A stretch of 63,874 bases of DNA, counting the filler, from Collodictyon triciliatum (Eukaryota), in the NCBI GenBank assembly GCA_043381765.1. It is 15 parts of 15 records of this genome, joined end to end, with 100 filler letters (N's around TTAATTAATTAA, not from the genome) between each part and the next. Parts side by side here need not be neighbours in the genome. Positions count along the whole stretch, not along the records: positions 41,043 to 45,169 come from JBHJMP010006479.1; positions 45,270 to 49,396 come from JBHJMP010006480.1; positions 49,497 to 53,616 come from JBHJMP010006482.1; 12 more parts are not named here. One strand, 5' to 3'. Within the stretch, counting starts at the first letter, position 1, and the number at the start of each line of letters is the position of its first letter. Under the pieces are notes generated by a model. It searched no databases, was not told the DNA's origin, and saw nothing but the letters and a program-made list of their open reading frames with translations. The position numbers were made by a program, and so were the translations under genes. Of the stretch, positions 41,333 through 53,716 are shown piece after piece.

Positions 41333-44300
41333 TCACTCCGTGAGTGACACGAGGAAGCCAACAACTTTACTGACGACCTCCTCATTAGCTGAGATTTGGG
41401 AATCGAACGAGTCTACTTGTTCATCTCTTGGTGAGGACGGGGTGCCCAATTTCAATATACCCTAATTGATGTAGCTCAGAATAACCATCATCTTTGAGAG
41501 AATAATATGAATAAATGTTGGATAGTAAAAATAAAGACAATACATGTGTTATCACCGATACCTTACCAGAATAGGGCCGAGAGGGTAAGTGTGGATGTAA
41601 AAGATAAGACAAGTACCTGTGCATTCAAAGACACGAATATGGAGAGTACACGCCTATAAAGCGCGAGTGCCTTTCCACCGTCCTCTCCTGATTCCAACAG
41701 GAGCTTGAGGGTATTTAAAAGTCTAGTAGGGCGGGACCAATCCGATATAAAATAATGTCGTTAAGGAATTGATTTCATAAATTCAAATGATCGACTAACA
41801 TTAGATAAATATATGTTTTTTCAAGTAGCGGTTTGTTTATTTAACTATTATCATTATGATTAAATCAGTGTTACATGCGTAAATACCCTATGTAAAAATT
41901 AAATTCTGATTCTAGTCCTGTGTATGCCCTTATCCTATGCAAGTTACCAGCTAAGACAGGCTCCATCTTCTCCCAATGTTTCCTGCAATATTTTACTCAG
42001 ATTCACTGGGCATTAATAGAGATGGTATGTGCGAATCTTTTTCTGTTTTTCTTTTTTGATTTGTTCTTCCAGAAAAAAAGAAAGAAAGAAAGAAGGAGCA
42101 CCTAATCATGTTTGTTAATGCCTGTCGTTTTGGTGTTTTTGTCAACTGAGGGGCTATTATGTCAGCCTCATTCGTAGGTTGCCAATTCCTATAGATACGT
42201 TATTGAATGATCAAATATAATCATTTTAATATAATGTCTCATAAACCGTGATTTGTTATAAAGATAATTATATCGCATAACGAAAGGTACTCCAAGTGAG
42301 CAGAGTTTAGAACTAACTTGCGGAATGTGGCAAATATGAGCGGATAATTGTGATGCATTCTTTTAAGCTGAGTAAAGGACATAACCTGTAGGTGTAGTAG
42401 GAATTGTATAAAGATGAATGAAAAATATCATGTATCATAAGAAAGTATAAGATAAAAAATAGATTATTTGGTTTCACTGAATAAGCAAACCTCCACAGAA
42501 AATCCAGGTGCGATTGAACTCAATTTTTTCCATACTCGAGAAAACTACGAAATAAGAGGATTGATTATAATGTTCTAAGTGTAGGAGAAAATATATAATA
42601 TATTAGTGATGGTATCGAATACCAACCTCAGTTTCGTCAACTGGTTGTGGTTTTGAAAGTGTACTGACCATCATTAAAAATTCCGTCTCGCTGACATAGC
42701 CATCTCTATGAGAAGTAGGTAGAATTATGATGTGACTAGAATTTTACTGATTTATCTTCAGAAATTATTATGACATGCCGTTTTTTTTTTAAAAAAAAAA
42801 AGTTTTACGCATCAGAGTCGTAGCGATTGAACAGTCCATGAATCCATCGCTCGAAAGATCTATCCATGGATGAAGCTTCTGCACAAAATATGTACAAAAA
42901 ATCTGCGAAATCCATTTTCATTGGTTTTTGTGCAAAATCCCACCTAAACGGTTAGAGATAAGATAAATAAATCGGCTAGAAATACCGATTGAAAATACAC
43001 CTATAATAGTTATAGTAGTGCTTACAGGCGAATTTTTTAAAAATAATTAATTCGTTCTCAAATGATTTTTCGTCACAAACATTATTCTTTCAACTTGTAT
43101 GGGTTAATAGAAGATTATAAAAGCACAAACTCTATCGCATCGGTTCCATTACTAGGTGAAGGTAACTGCTGGGGCTTCGATGACCATTGAGTTTTCTTTT
43201 GAATATGGAGTAAGGTTTTTTTAGTTTAGATGATGGTGACGGAACAAGAATGACATACAGGAAAGAAATCGGAATTAAAGGTTTTGTGAGATATAGTGAA
43301 TTCCTTTGTGACTCGTTTTAAATTTTAATATTTATCCCAAGAGCTAACTTGAGGATTGCCTTCTCGGCTAATGGTTTGTCCAGAGTCAAGGTAGGATGCT
43401 TTGCCAATCAACTTTTTGAAAAAAGCGGAATCTGCTGCTTTCGTTCTTTCTCCGAATAGCCTCCTTCATATGAGCATTAGTATGATATAATGAATAATGA
43501 GAAATAATTCGATGTGTTAAGTATACATTAAATATTTTTTCTATGCAAATAAATTTCTAACCTGACAATTTCTTCACATCGAAGAAGACATATGTACCGG
43601 GTCTGAAGCGAATCTAGCGGAAATTGATGGTAGTTGATCCCAATTTGAAGTGAATCAGCCAGCTGTATAACCTAGAGCGAATAAAGAAATATATTATTGT
43701 ATTGGATCGATGAATATTAGAAAAGCGAAATAAGGCGAATGAAAAGAACCTTGAGCAACAAATTCAAAACAGGCAATCCCCATGACTCATCGAGTAGCTT
43801 TGCAAAAATATCCACAAGAACATCAGTAGCACGGTATAACTAAATTTTAAAGGTGAACACTAGTGTCATCATTGTATTATTGAAGCTAAGAAGGGTTGTT
43901 ATACTATTTATTTATTGGAGGGAGGGGGGCCTTAAGAGGGTGTTCGGTATTGAATCAAATGAACGTAAAAGACCGTATAACCTGTGCCGTTTGAATTATG
44001 CACACGCATTGTTGTTCGACCAATTTTCTTGTACCGTAGTGATTCTGACGAGTGGAAATATTTAAAATTATTTTGTTCTTTTTCCTTAACCAAAAGTGAA
44101 AAATAAACCTTTAAGAATAAGAGGAAAAACTGGGGCATAGGTATATGCTCGTAATTATGCAGATCGGAAGTTTGGTCGGACACTTGCTTTGCTGCGACCA
44201 ATTCTCTAGAAAAATTAAGATTTCCTCTATTTTTATTGGAGACTAGATACCAATACTGCATATATCATATTTAATATCAGCGCACTCATATCTTTTTTTT

Positions 44301-45010
44301 TTAAAAAAAAAAATAAAAATAAAATAATACCCATGGAAAGAATGGGAGGAGGTAATTTTCAACAAGATAAACTAGAATTACTTCATAATTTTCCTTATCC
44401 AGAGGCGAGTTCTTGGTCTCTTTTGCGCAATATTAGCATTCTTTGATATAATATCTGCTAGTTCCTTAGACTCTGGAGCAAAATTTCGTGATGGTTTTGA
44501 TGGGGAGGTTTTCTCTTCACCAGTATAAAATAGAGAATTTCTTTCTGTATCTGATGCGGTTTGTGCCCTTGACGAAGGTATCTGTGTTTTCATCGAAAAT
44601 ACATATTTAATATTCAACAATCCTCCATCGAAGACATCAAATATAGCATACATCTAAAAAAAAAGTGAAAATCAAACGTGTATTAAGTATCATCTAAATA
44701 ATAATAATAATCTTTTATATAAAATTTTATCCTGTAATATACTATCAAATTAAAAAAAAACTACAGGCAAAAAATTTGAGGGAGAAAAAGCTCTCCCAAA
44801 GACACCATGCGCCAGAGAAGATATAGGTGGAACTGTCTGTATAGCTGGGCTAGTTGGGACAACCAGTCCTCCAGGAGTTCCTTTCCTGCACTCCTCTTGT
44901 CCCGTTGTAAGAGAGGTTGTTGATGTAGATTTTGATATGAGAACAGCCATATCACTTCCTTCTCTGGCTGATATACCTTCAGTATTGGTATCGTGTGTCT
45001 GGTTCAAATT
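41333..45010 (-). CDS. Multi-exon hypothetical protein with EF-hand region, 5'-partial
   Basis: Spliced exons give MDFADFLYIFC...LFNRYDS|DRDGYVSETEFLMMV, a canonical EF-hand loop in a calcineurin-B/NCS-like context; other exons unassigned. Confidence 0.55.
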
Positions 45011-45073
45011 AAGTTAGATTTGAATTCATTAGAACCACATGTAAATAGTTTTCCCGTTCCAATCCACCACCAT

Positions 45074-45074
45074 C

Positions 45075-45169
<95 letters not shown>
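45074..45169. repeat. (CAA)n microsatellite at contig end
   Basis: Directly visible. Confidence 0.95.
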
Positions 45170-45269
45170 NNNNNNNNNNNNNNNNNNNNNNNNNNNNNNN
45201 NNNNNNNNNNNNNTTAATTAATTAANNNNNNNNNNNNNNNNNNNNNNNNNNNNNNNNNNNNNNNNNNNN
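45170..45269. other. Artificial contig linker
   Basis: Core at 45214-45225. Confidence 0.98.
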
Positions 45270-45420
45270 ACTTTTTTTATTCACTTTTTTTATTCACTTT
45301 TTTTATTCACTTTTTTTATTCACTTTTTTTATTCACTTTTTTTATTCACTTTTTTTATTCACTTTTTTATTTAACTTTTTTTATTCACTTTTTATTTAAC
45401 TTTTTTTATTCACTTTTTTA
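45270..45420. repeat. About 13-bp (ACTTTTTTTATTC)n minisatellite
   Basis: Directly visible, decaying rightwards. Confidence 0.9.
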
Positions 45421-45809
45421 ATTTTTATTTTTATTTTTAATTTTTTTTGATTTTTTTTTTTAAACAGCAAAAGATGCGTTTCGTCAGGCGGTTGGATTGC
45501 GATCTAGTTTCTGTTCTTCGCATGAAACAGACAGATCCGGCAATATTAATAAGCTTTTTACGGTATAAGATACGCCGTAAATTATATATGAAATTAATAT
45601 CATTCATACCAAATTTGGTGCTTCACAGTTTGCTTCACTCTGGCACGAGAACTACGCAAACTGCTCTGTAGGAACGAGAGCAAAAACAGTGCCGTAGGCT
45701 CGTTGATTTATTTCTAGACGCAAATGTCTTCAAGAAAAGCAAAGGGATAAAGGTATACTAATCGAAGTGGAACAAATCGTGGATGGCAGAGGTTTCTTTT
45801 TCAGAAAAC

Positions 45810-48341
45810 TCACTTCGAGTCTTTTATCACTTTGAGAATCGGTCTCACCTGGAACTCTGGTAGTCCAAACGGCTTTCTTGTCAAATCATCCTTGGTCAAC
45901 GAGAGAAAACCAGCGCCACTGATTCCAGAGTCCGAAATGGCTTTAATGATGGCAGGCCCGATGCCTTTACACTCCAAGTAATTAAGCAATTCAGGATTAT
46001 CCATTTCGGCCACGTCCTTTTCTGCACTTGGTGGCTGGCTCGGCAGTTCAAGCGCCTTTCCTGGGGAGGCCTTAGCAGTTGATACTACCGGGGGAAGTGT
46101 CATTTTTGCGCTTGTCTCTTGATAAGGCTGCTTTTTGGCTGTTTCTGCTGCGGAAGCAGACGCAACCGATGCAGCAGCCAACTCTTTTAGTGGTGAATAA
46201 GAGGATGTCTTGACCATTTTCGACAGCGTTGGAGACGCAATCGGCGCACCTAAAGATTCGACGACAATATCCGAGCATACCTCAATTTGTGTTTCCTTGA
46301 GCCGAGTAATGAGGTCTTGTGCAGTCGGGCGCTTCGACGGGTCGAGTTCTAAGCAGTCCTTTATGACTTGTGTGAGGCCGGATGGGCACGTTTCGGGGAT
46401 AGCCAAGCTGATGGGTTTCTTCTTTTCCTCTGCTATCTGCTCGTGGTTCAGGCCATCAAACGGTTTCTTAGCCGTCAACATAGACCAAATGAAGAGGCCG
46501 TAGGAGAACACGTCGCGAGTGGTATCAGAGCCCTGTGAGTCGAAGGTTTCTGGGGGGTTGTAATGGGTCGAACTTTGAAAATTCTTGAATCCAATGACAG
46601 GAATACGAATTTTGCGGATACCAAAATCACTTATCTTTGCTATGCCATTCGATAGGAGGACATTCTCGGGTCGAAGATCTCCGTGCTCGATTGGTGGGGC
46701 TCGGTCATGTAGAAAGCTCAACCCTTGGTTAACTTGACAAGCAAATGGAACATACTTTTCCTTCGGCAATGGGCCTGTCTCCTTCAGTAAATTCCAGATG
46801 GAGTTTTGGTCTGCGTATTCTAAGATTAGGTAGGCGCTCTTATTTTGGCATCCGAAGGCAACAACACCGTTTATGTTTTGGTGCTGAACCGAAACAAGTA
46901 CCTCCATTATTTGAGTAACTTGTTCATACCATGGCGACTTGGGGAACACCTCTTTCTTCATCACCCTGACAGCGACAGGAGCGCCTTTCATGGAGTGTTT
47001 GTAAATGATGCCAAAAATTCCTTCACCAACTTTTTCGAGTGTATTGAAGTCAACACTTAATCCCTGTAAATCCTGCTTCTTCTCGAGAACGGTTGCATCT
47101 ATTGGAAGGTTAAAAGAAATTGGTGATGGTCAATGCAAAAGGACATGAGACAAGGTACACTAATTACGAGATAACCCAAACTTGCTGCCTCTTTCGGAGG
47201 TTCCTGCATGGTAATATTAATTATTTCAGCTTTATTAACAATAGTAATTTGAAAGTATACTAATGTACTGTGTTTTTTTAAAAAGAAAAAAAAAAGCAGG
47301 GGCAGTGGCCAGGTTGCAACTTACTGGAGGCAATAATATCAACTTTCTTAAGGCGTCACCAGGTGAAGAGCATCCATAATCAAATTGTGATTGTCGGTAA
47401 GTCCAAGATGCAATAGCTGTAATACCCCTTGGTGCCGTTCTTACTGTGGTTCCATGAGCACCTTCGATCAACAACTCTCTCAGTCCTTTGAGTGTGGATA
47501 TCACAGGTGGTAGATCGGTTATCTGCATCAAAGCGGATCATTCTTAATAGGACTGAATGAAATATAAATCATTTCAAACACAAAATATGGTTAAAAAAGA
47601 AAACTTCAGAACTGTTAATATTTGTACCTGGTTGTCTCCTACATCCAAGCAGTTAAGATCTTTAAGCATAGAAATTCCATCTGGAAGTGTTGTCAGTCTG
47701 TTCTTATTAACATGGAGTTTCATCAAGCAGGACATCCGCGATATCTCTGTCGGGAGGACAGAAATTTTGTTGCTGCTGATATCCAGGTAGGAAACCCAAA
47801 ACGAGTTTGTAAGTTCAGCAGGAAATAGTGTGAGCTGATTTTTTTGTACTTCCAGGTGGACGAGGTCAATGAGCTTGGGAAGATTTAATTCAACAAACTT
47901 GTTACTTGATACATTGAGATGCCCTAGTGACACTAATGCAGATATTTGATCTGGTAACTTGATAAGCAAGTTATGCGACACGTCGAGATGAGTAACCAAC
48001 GTCAGAAAAGATATTTCTTCTGGTATGCTTCTGAGTTTGTTCCTTGGAAGTCGAAGCTCCTGTAACTTTGTCAATCTAGAAATACCCGCTGGGATCCTCT
48101 CTATTTTGGTTTCTGAGAGACTCAGAACGACAAGTTTGATCAATTCGAAGACATAGACAGGGAATGCGGTCACTCGCTTGTCAGTCGCTTCAAGAGAATC
48201 GGAGTCCTCAAGAGGCATTTTCACGCTGAATGGACGATTTCTCATGTCTTTGACGTATTCAAAAGAAAGCAGTTCCCTCTTTCTGGCAGGGAGGTCATCG
48301 GACATGGCTTGAAGCTGCACGGGAGGTTTGCTGGACTCCAT
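45810..48341 (-). CDS. LRR - TKL-type protein kinase (probably pseudokinase) - SAM domain protein, spliced
   Basis: LRR exon 47627-48341; kinase VGEGIFGIIY, PVAVR, HGDLRPENVLL, KISDFG, DVFSYG, CLELDPSKRP; SAM DVAEMDNPELLNYLE..GISGAGFLSLTKDDL; TGA at 45810. An AG precedes the ATG, so upstream exons are possible. Confidence 0.85.
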
Positions 48342-49012
48342 CTACAAAGAAATCAACATGTAAAGGGAGAGAGAGATGCGTTGGTGGCTTGCGTCGAGGT
48401 TTGTTATAGGGATGCTGGAGCAATATTTTGTCCCGCGCTCTGCGTCATCCGAGCCCTATCGATCCTTTGGTGATGCTCTTGGTGGACGTTGTTTCTTGAG
48501 TGAAGATTCATTGGTTTGACGGAAAACTGTGCGGAATCTATCGCCTCTGTGGCAGTTGACGTTTCTGTGGGAGCATATATATGCCTGTGTGTTCGTGTGT
48601 GTGTGTCCGTTTGGGAATACGGAAGATTTATTCACAGAATATATGTATTTATGGAATTTATGATGTTACATACGTTTCATGCAATTATTGTCATCTAAAT
48701 GACAGTCTAACTATGAAATAAGATAGAAAATTGTAATAATGATGACATTAATCAAAATGTGACACTACTAATATTCCACGAAGATCCTTTCTGTCTTTAC
48801 GCCTTTTGCATTACGGATGGCTTTTGTGATCTGAAAGCCCATCTCGCTGGAATCGGTCAGAAGCTCGCCGGCCACCTTCTCTCGCAGCCTGACTCCTGGG
48901 AAGCAAAAGAGGCATTAAGAACTCTGTGTATCTAAGAAAAGACAAGAAGGACGAGAAGAACAACAACAACAACTGGTTGATCAAGAAACCCACGCCGTTT
49001 GATTTTTCGTAG

Positions 49013-49147
49013 ATGAACCTGAAGATTGTCTTTGTTGCTTCGCTCGTTCTTCTACACGCAACAACACAAGCGTCCGCACTTTACTTTCTGCTTGACGAAG
49101 GAGGAGAGCAGTGCTTTTTGGAGGAATTAGCACCATCCACACCGACG
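49013..49147 (+). CDS. p24/emp24/TMED GOLD-domain cargo receptor, first exon (rest beyond the contig)
   Basis: Signal peptide followed by ALYFLLDEGGEQCFLEEL (TMED4/9-like LYF..E..CF.EE), then a GT donor. Confidence 0.75.
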
Positions 49148-49243
49148 GTACCTTTTTCTCACGGACCCAGCCACTCTTTTTCTCTTGTCGAACAGCGTCT
49201 AATAGTGTCTCATGCCCTTATTTTTACTAATACTAATACCATA

Positions 49244-49396
49244 ACTATTACTATTACTATTACTATAATTATTACTATTACTATTACTATTACTATAATT
49301 ATTACTATTACTATTACTATTACTATTACTATTACTATTACTATTACTATTACTATTACTATTACTATTACTATTACTATTACTATTACTATTACT
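49244..49396. repeat. (TATTAC)n microsatellite at contig end
   Basis: Directly visible. Confidence 0.95.
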
Positions 49397-49496
49397 NNNN
49401 NNNNNNNNNNNNNNNNNNNNNNNNNNNNNNNNNNNNNNNNTTAATTAATTAANNNNNNNNNNNNNNNNNNNNNNNNNNNNNNNNNNNNNNNNNNNN
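49397..49496. other. Artificial contig linker
   Basis: Core at 49441-49452. Confidence 0.98.
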
Positions 49497-49629
49497 GAAG
49501 AAAAGAAGAAGAAAAGAAGAAGAAAAGAAGAAGAAAAGAAGAAGAAAAGAAGAAGAAAAGAAGAAGAAAAGAAGAAGAAAAGAAGAAGAAAAGAAAAGAA
49601 GAAAAAAAAGGAGTACTTTCAATAGTTCG

Positions 49630-52422
49630 GTACACTGACAAAGAAAGGGAATGTCTCCCTGCTTCAATGGCACACCAAATTCCGAGTGGATAAAAACAGA
49701 GGTCTTGAACAAGTTCGATATTCTGATGGTGTTAACTTATTATTAGAAATGAAGAGTCACAAGCAACTTACAATTTATAAAATTTAGGGGAATATAATTA
49801 ATCATAATCCGAAAAAAAAAACATTCACCAACAAAAAGAAAAAAGTAGGGTTTAAGTGAAAAATAAAAGGAGGGAGAATTCAACCTGTGCGCCAAGATGA
49901 CACCTTGAAGAAACAAAGACATTCTCGTGGAAATTACTTCACGGATTTCTACACGCTGCGAAATGGCAGACTCCATTCGAACCATCCACACGCATGTTTG
50001 AGTATAGAGTATATTAACTTCCCTAAAAGATGAAGGAGAACGAAAACATGCCATAAGCATAAAACATTGGAGGCTAGATATAAATATAGTAGCGGCTGAG
50101 TATTTAATTATTAATTTTACTTCGAAAAGTTTTTGTCAAAGTTCTTGATAAACTCAGTCTGATTCGGGCGAATTTCATCGACACTAATATACTTAGCATT
50201 TGCAGGGAGACACTAAAGCACGCAAAGGATTATTATGAGTTTTTTTTTTTTTTATAAAAAGTAAAATATGTACCTGTCATTGCATATTTGAGAAGTTAAA
50301 AATTGGGTCAACACAAATCTAGATTACATTTTGTGTTTGAATGATATGTTCATTCAAGTAGATAAAAGATTTTGGGAATGATTTTACCGCTAGAAGAAAC
50401 TCGGCGGGTTTCCACACGATGTTGCCAAAAATGTGGACTATGGGGATGCGCTTATACATATCAAATATTTGACGGAATAGCTTCTTCTCAACTGATTCAC
50501 GGAAAAGGCGATAATAAAGCACAAGTAGAGCACACAGGGCCGGATAGCGAGAGCGTTGATCGATTTCGTTGGTTTCTCCTAAAAAGATGTACATACGAGA
50601 TATAATAAACGACGTCTTTGATTAGTCAAAAAAATTAAAACTTGTAAAATAAAAATATATAGAAAACAATGAGATACAAAATGAAAAAAAATGCAATCTC
50701 TAGCATATACAATAAGTCGTTATCAAATTAATTTTTTTTTTAAAAAAAAACATCATATGGGCAAGGCAATTACCAATCCTTTCACTCAAATAAGAGAAGA
50801 ATATTTGAATGTTGCGAAGAAATTCTTGTTGGAAAGCCTTATTCCCACTCACATCCACAAGGTTAGTATAATCAAACTCTTGTTCGATACAATTCTGTTG
50901 GATTCAGAGGGTAATCAGATAAACATACTTGTATATTAAACTGCCTTTACAAAAGTAAAAAAAAAAAAAATACATGAAGATTGTAAATGTATTCATAACA
51001 TATCAGATTCTTAGTGATGAATTTCAGGGAAGACATAAGTACCGTGTGAAAAGAGGGGAAAGTCAGACATAAATTTTGAATACTACGATGAATATAATGG
51101 GTGACTTTGTAATAATATACCTTGAAGATGACTCCCTCAAGCAACTGTCCTTCAATCGACATGATAAGTTTTTCCAACTGCCTCATCCTTTCGTCTGGAA
51201 ATGAAAATCTTTGCGTATCAACCCTGACATTTTTCATCATACTAATGGAAAAAATAAAAATAAAAAAGGAAGAAAAGAAGCATCTATGACTAAATAGGAA
51301 TTAAAAAAGGGCCATATTCTATCATGCATACAATATTCGAGATATTTACATCTGCAAGACAGTATCATATAGCAAACCGTTTATAATATGCCCATCCTTG
51401 AATCAAAAATTCATTCTGGCGAATGAACTCATCCAGAGTGATGAGAATAGCCAGAGTCTCTCCAAGTGTGTCCCACACAGTATGCAGATTGACTTTCTTG
51501 AAGCTTGTTGTGTAGAGCTTCTGCTTTGGGTTATAAAGAGAGGCAAGCTGGTGGATTGTGTTGCGAACAACCTTGTTTATGCGCTCCACAAAACTCGCCA
51601 GGTCAGTAAGGAAATGAAGAATATGCGCAACGTGGAGCTGGATTTCACCCTCGGGCATCGTCTGGCTGCCATCTGTTGTGATGTTTTGGCCAAAGAGGGC
51701 CAATGTCGGGTAAAACTCTTTAACTGCCTGTAGAGATGAGGAATTGAGGTATATAGAGAATAAAAGTGAGTTTCTTGGGTGTTATGCACGTATGAGTTTC
51801 TTCTTTTTTTTCAGATTTTTGTTTCGCAACTTTTGTATATAAGTACTGTATGTACAAGGATCATTATGACTACACAGGACAATCCTGAAAGCGGTAAATA
51901 AGATGCATCATCCTATGCGAGGAGTAAGGAAACGAACGAAGGTGGAGAAGGAATTGATATGTGACACTACCGTTTCTTTGAGATGTTGCATCTCTTTGAT
52001 AAGAACAGAGAATACGAGCATCACCTTGCTGAATAATTTGTTTTCAGTTTTGATGAGATCAGGTATGGTGACCTAAAGAAGCGTTTGCTGGTCAGAATTT
52101 GAAGAGAATAAAGCACAGTGGAAGAAGGTGAATGATAGATAAGTTAGCGAATTCACATACGTAATTTTTTTCCTTAATTCGATTCAATTCATATATGTGA
52201 TAATACGCTGATCATGTAAACGAAATGATAACAAAACAAAACAAAACAAAACCTGCTCGTATGGCTTCACATGCAAAGCAACAGGATCGGAAGCATGATC
52301 CCACATGGAGCTTAAACTTTCATTCAAGGTGTCTTCGATATCCCTTAGTTGCGTCTTGTACTCCGTTATGAATGTTTTGAGCTTGCGGAACTGAATATCA
52401 CACGCAGCGCGCTCTATTGATA
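49630..52422 (-). CDS. WASHC4: WASH complex subunit 4 (SWIP/KIAA1033), N-terminal part, spliced, partial
   Basis: LKTFITEYKTQLRDIEDTLNESLSSMWD...DPVAL; LIKTENKLFSKVMLVFSVL; FYPTLALFG; FVERINKVVRNTIHQLASLY; LAILITLDEFIRQN..WAYYKR; KRIPIVHIFGNIVW. Confidence 0.88.
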
Positions 52423-52818
52423 NNNNNNNNNNNNNNNNNNNNNNNNNNNNNNNNNNNNNNNNNNNNNNNNNNNNNNNNNNNNNNNNNNNNNNNNNNNNNN
52501 NNNNNNNNNNNNNNNNNNNNNNNNNNNNNNNNNNNNNNNNNNNNNNNNNNNNNNNNNNNNNNNNNNNNNNNNNNNNNNNNNNNNNNNNNNNNNNNNNNNN
52601 NNNNNNNNNNNNNNNNNNNNNNNNNNNNNNNNNNNNNNNNNNNNNNNNNNNNNNNNNNNNNNNNNNNNNNNNNNNNNNNNNNNNNNNNNNNNNNNNNNNN
52701 NNNNNNNNNNNNNNNNNNNNNNNNNNNNNNNNNNNNNNNNNNNNNNNNNNNNNNNNNNNNNNNNNNNNNNNNNNNNNNNNNNNNNNNNNNNNNNNNNNNN
52801 NNNNNNNNNNNNNNNNNN
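52423..52818. other. Scaffold gap (no linker)
   Basis: N run. Confidence 0.95.
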
Positions 52819-53136
52819 AAAAAGAAAAAAGAAAAAAGAAAAAAGAAAAAAGAAAAAAGAAAAAAGAAAAAGAGAAGTAAAAGAAAAAAGAAAAGAAAAT
52901 ACACATTCATACTATACAGCCAACCACACTAGACCATTTCAGCCAGAATAAAAGTGATTTTTGTTTAGCACTTTTTTCGATGTGTCGTGCTAATTATGAT
53001 TTATTTCCTCCCTAAAAACGATTTCTATATTCAAGAATATAGCTATCAAGGAGCAAAAATATTTTTTTTTAACGACAAAGGAGGCAGGAGAGAGTGGATG
53101 GAGTTGCAAGAAAGAAAAAAAGGAAACCATATTCCT

Positions 53137-53508
53137 TTAAGTTTGATATGAAGACATAATCCATTCATTGTTGTGTGGGTCGTAGATGAGGAACTGAGGG
53201 GCCTCACGGTCATCAGGGTCATACCCATCACGAGTTATTCTTCTTTTCTTTCGACTGTAATAAGTGGCTATTGAAAATATAAGTACGGCCAGGCAAGAAA
53301 TAACGACCGACGTTGCTATGGTTATAGATACTTCTGAGGAGTCGAATCCCAAATCAGGGGCGGGTAGTTTTTTCGCAAACAAAGAGACAAAACCAGTTTC
53401 GTTGCATCTACAGGATGCTGTATTGTTCATAATATCGACGTAATGTACAGCACAGGCCGTAGAGTTCCATATCGAAGAATTTGTCCATAAAGCACATATA
53501 ATCTCATC
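53137..53508 (-). CDS. Last exon of a single-pass membrane protein with a GPS/GAIN-like motif
   Basis: CALWTNSSIWNSTACAV...ASCRCNETGFVSLF, then TM ITIATSVVISCLAVLIFSIATYY, basic RKKRR and a short tail. Confidence 0.7.
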   Translation of the reverse strand, partial: DEIICALWTNSSIWNSTACAVHYVDIMNNTASCRCNETGFVSLFAKKLPAPDLGFDSSEVSITIATSVVISCLAVLIFSIATYYSRKKRRITRDGYDPDDREAPQFLIYDPHNNEWIMSSYQT

Positions 53509-53616
53509 TGAATGCATTAAAAAAAAAAAGATATTAGAACTATCAGCCGAAAGCAGACACTTATATCATACAGGCATAATATAAATAATAATAATAACAT
53601 ATGAGCGCTATTATAA

Positions 53617-53716
53617 NNNNNNNNNNNNNNNNNNNNNNNNNNNNNNNNNNNNNNNNNNNNTTAATTAATTAANNNNNNNNNNNNNNNNNNNNNNNNNNNN
53701 NNNNNNNNNNNNNNNN
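53617..53716. other. Artificial contig linker
   Basis: Core at 53661-53672. Confidence 0.98.

Noticed and set aside
44993-45169. Poly-glutamine protein
   Set aside because: (CAA)n microsatellite on the strand opposite the EF-hand gene, at a contig end.
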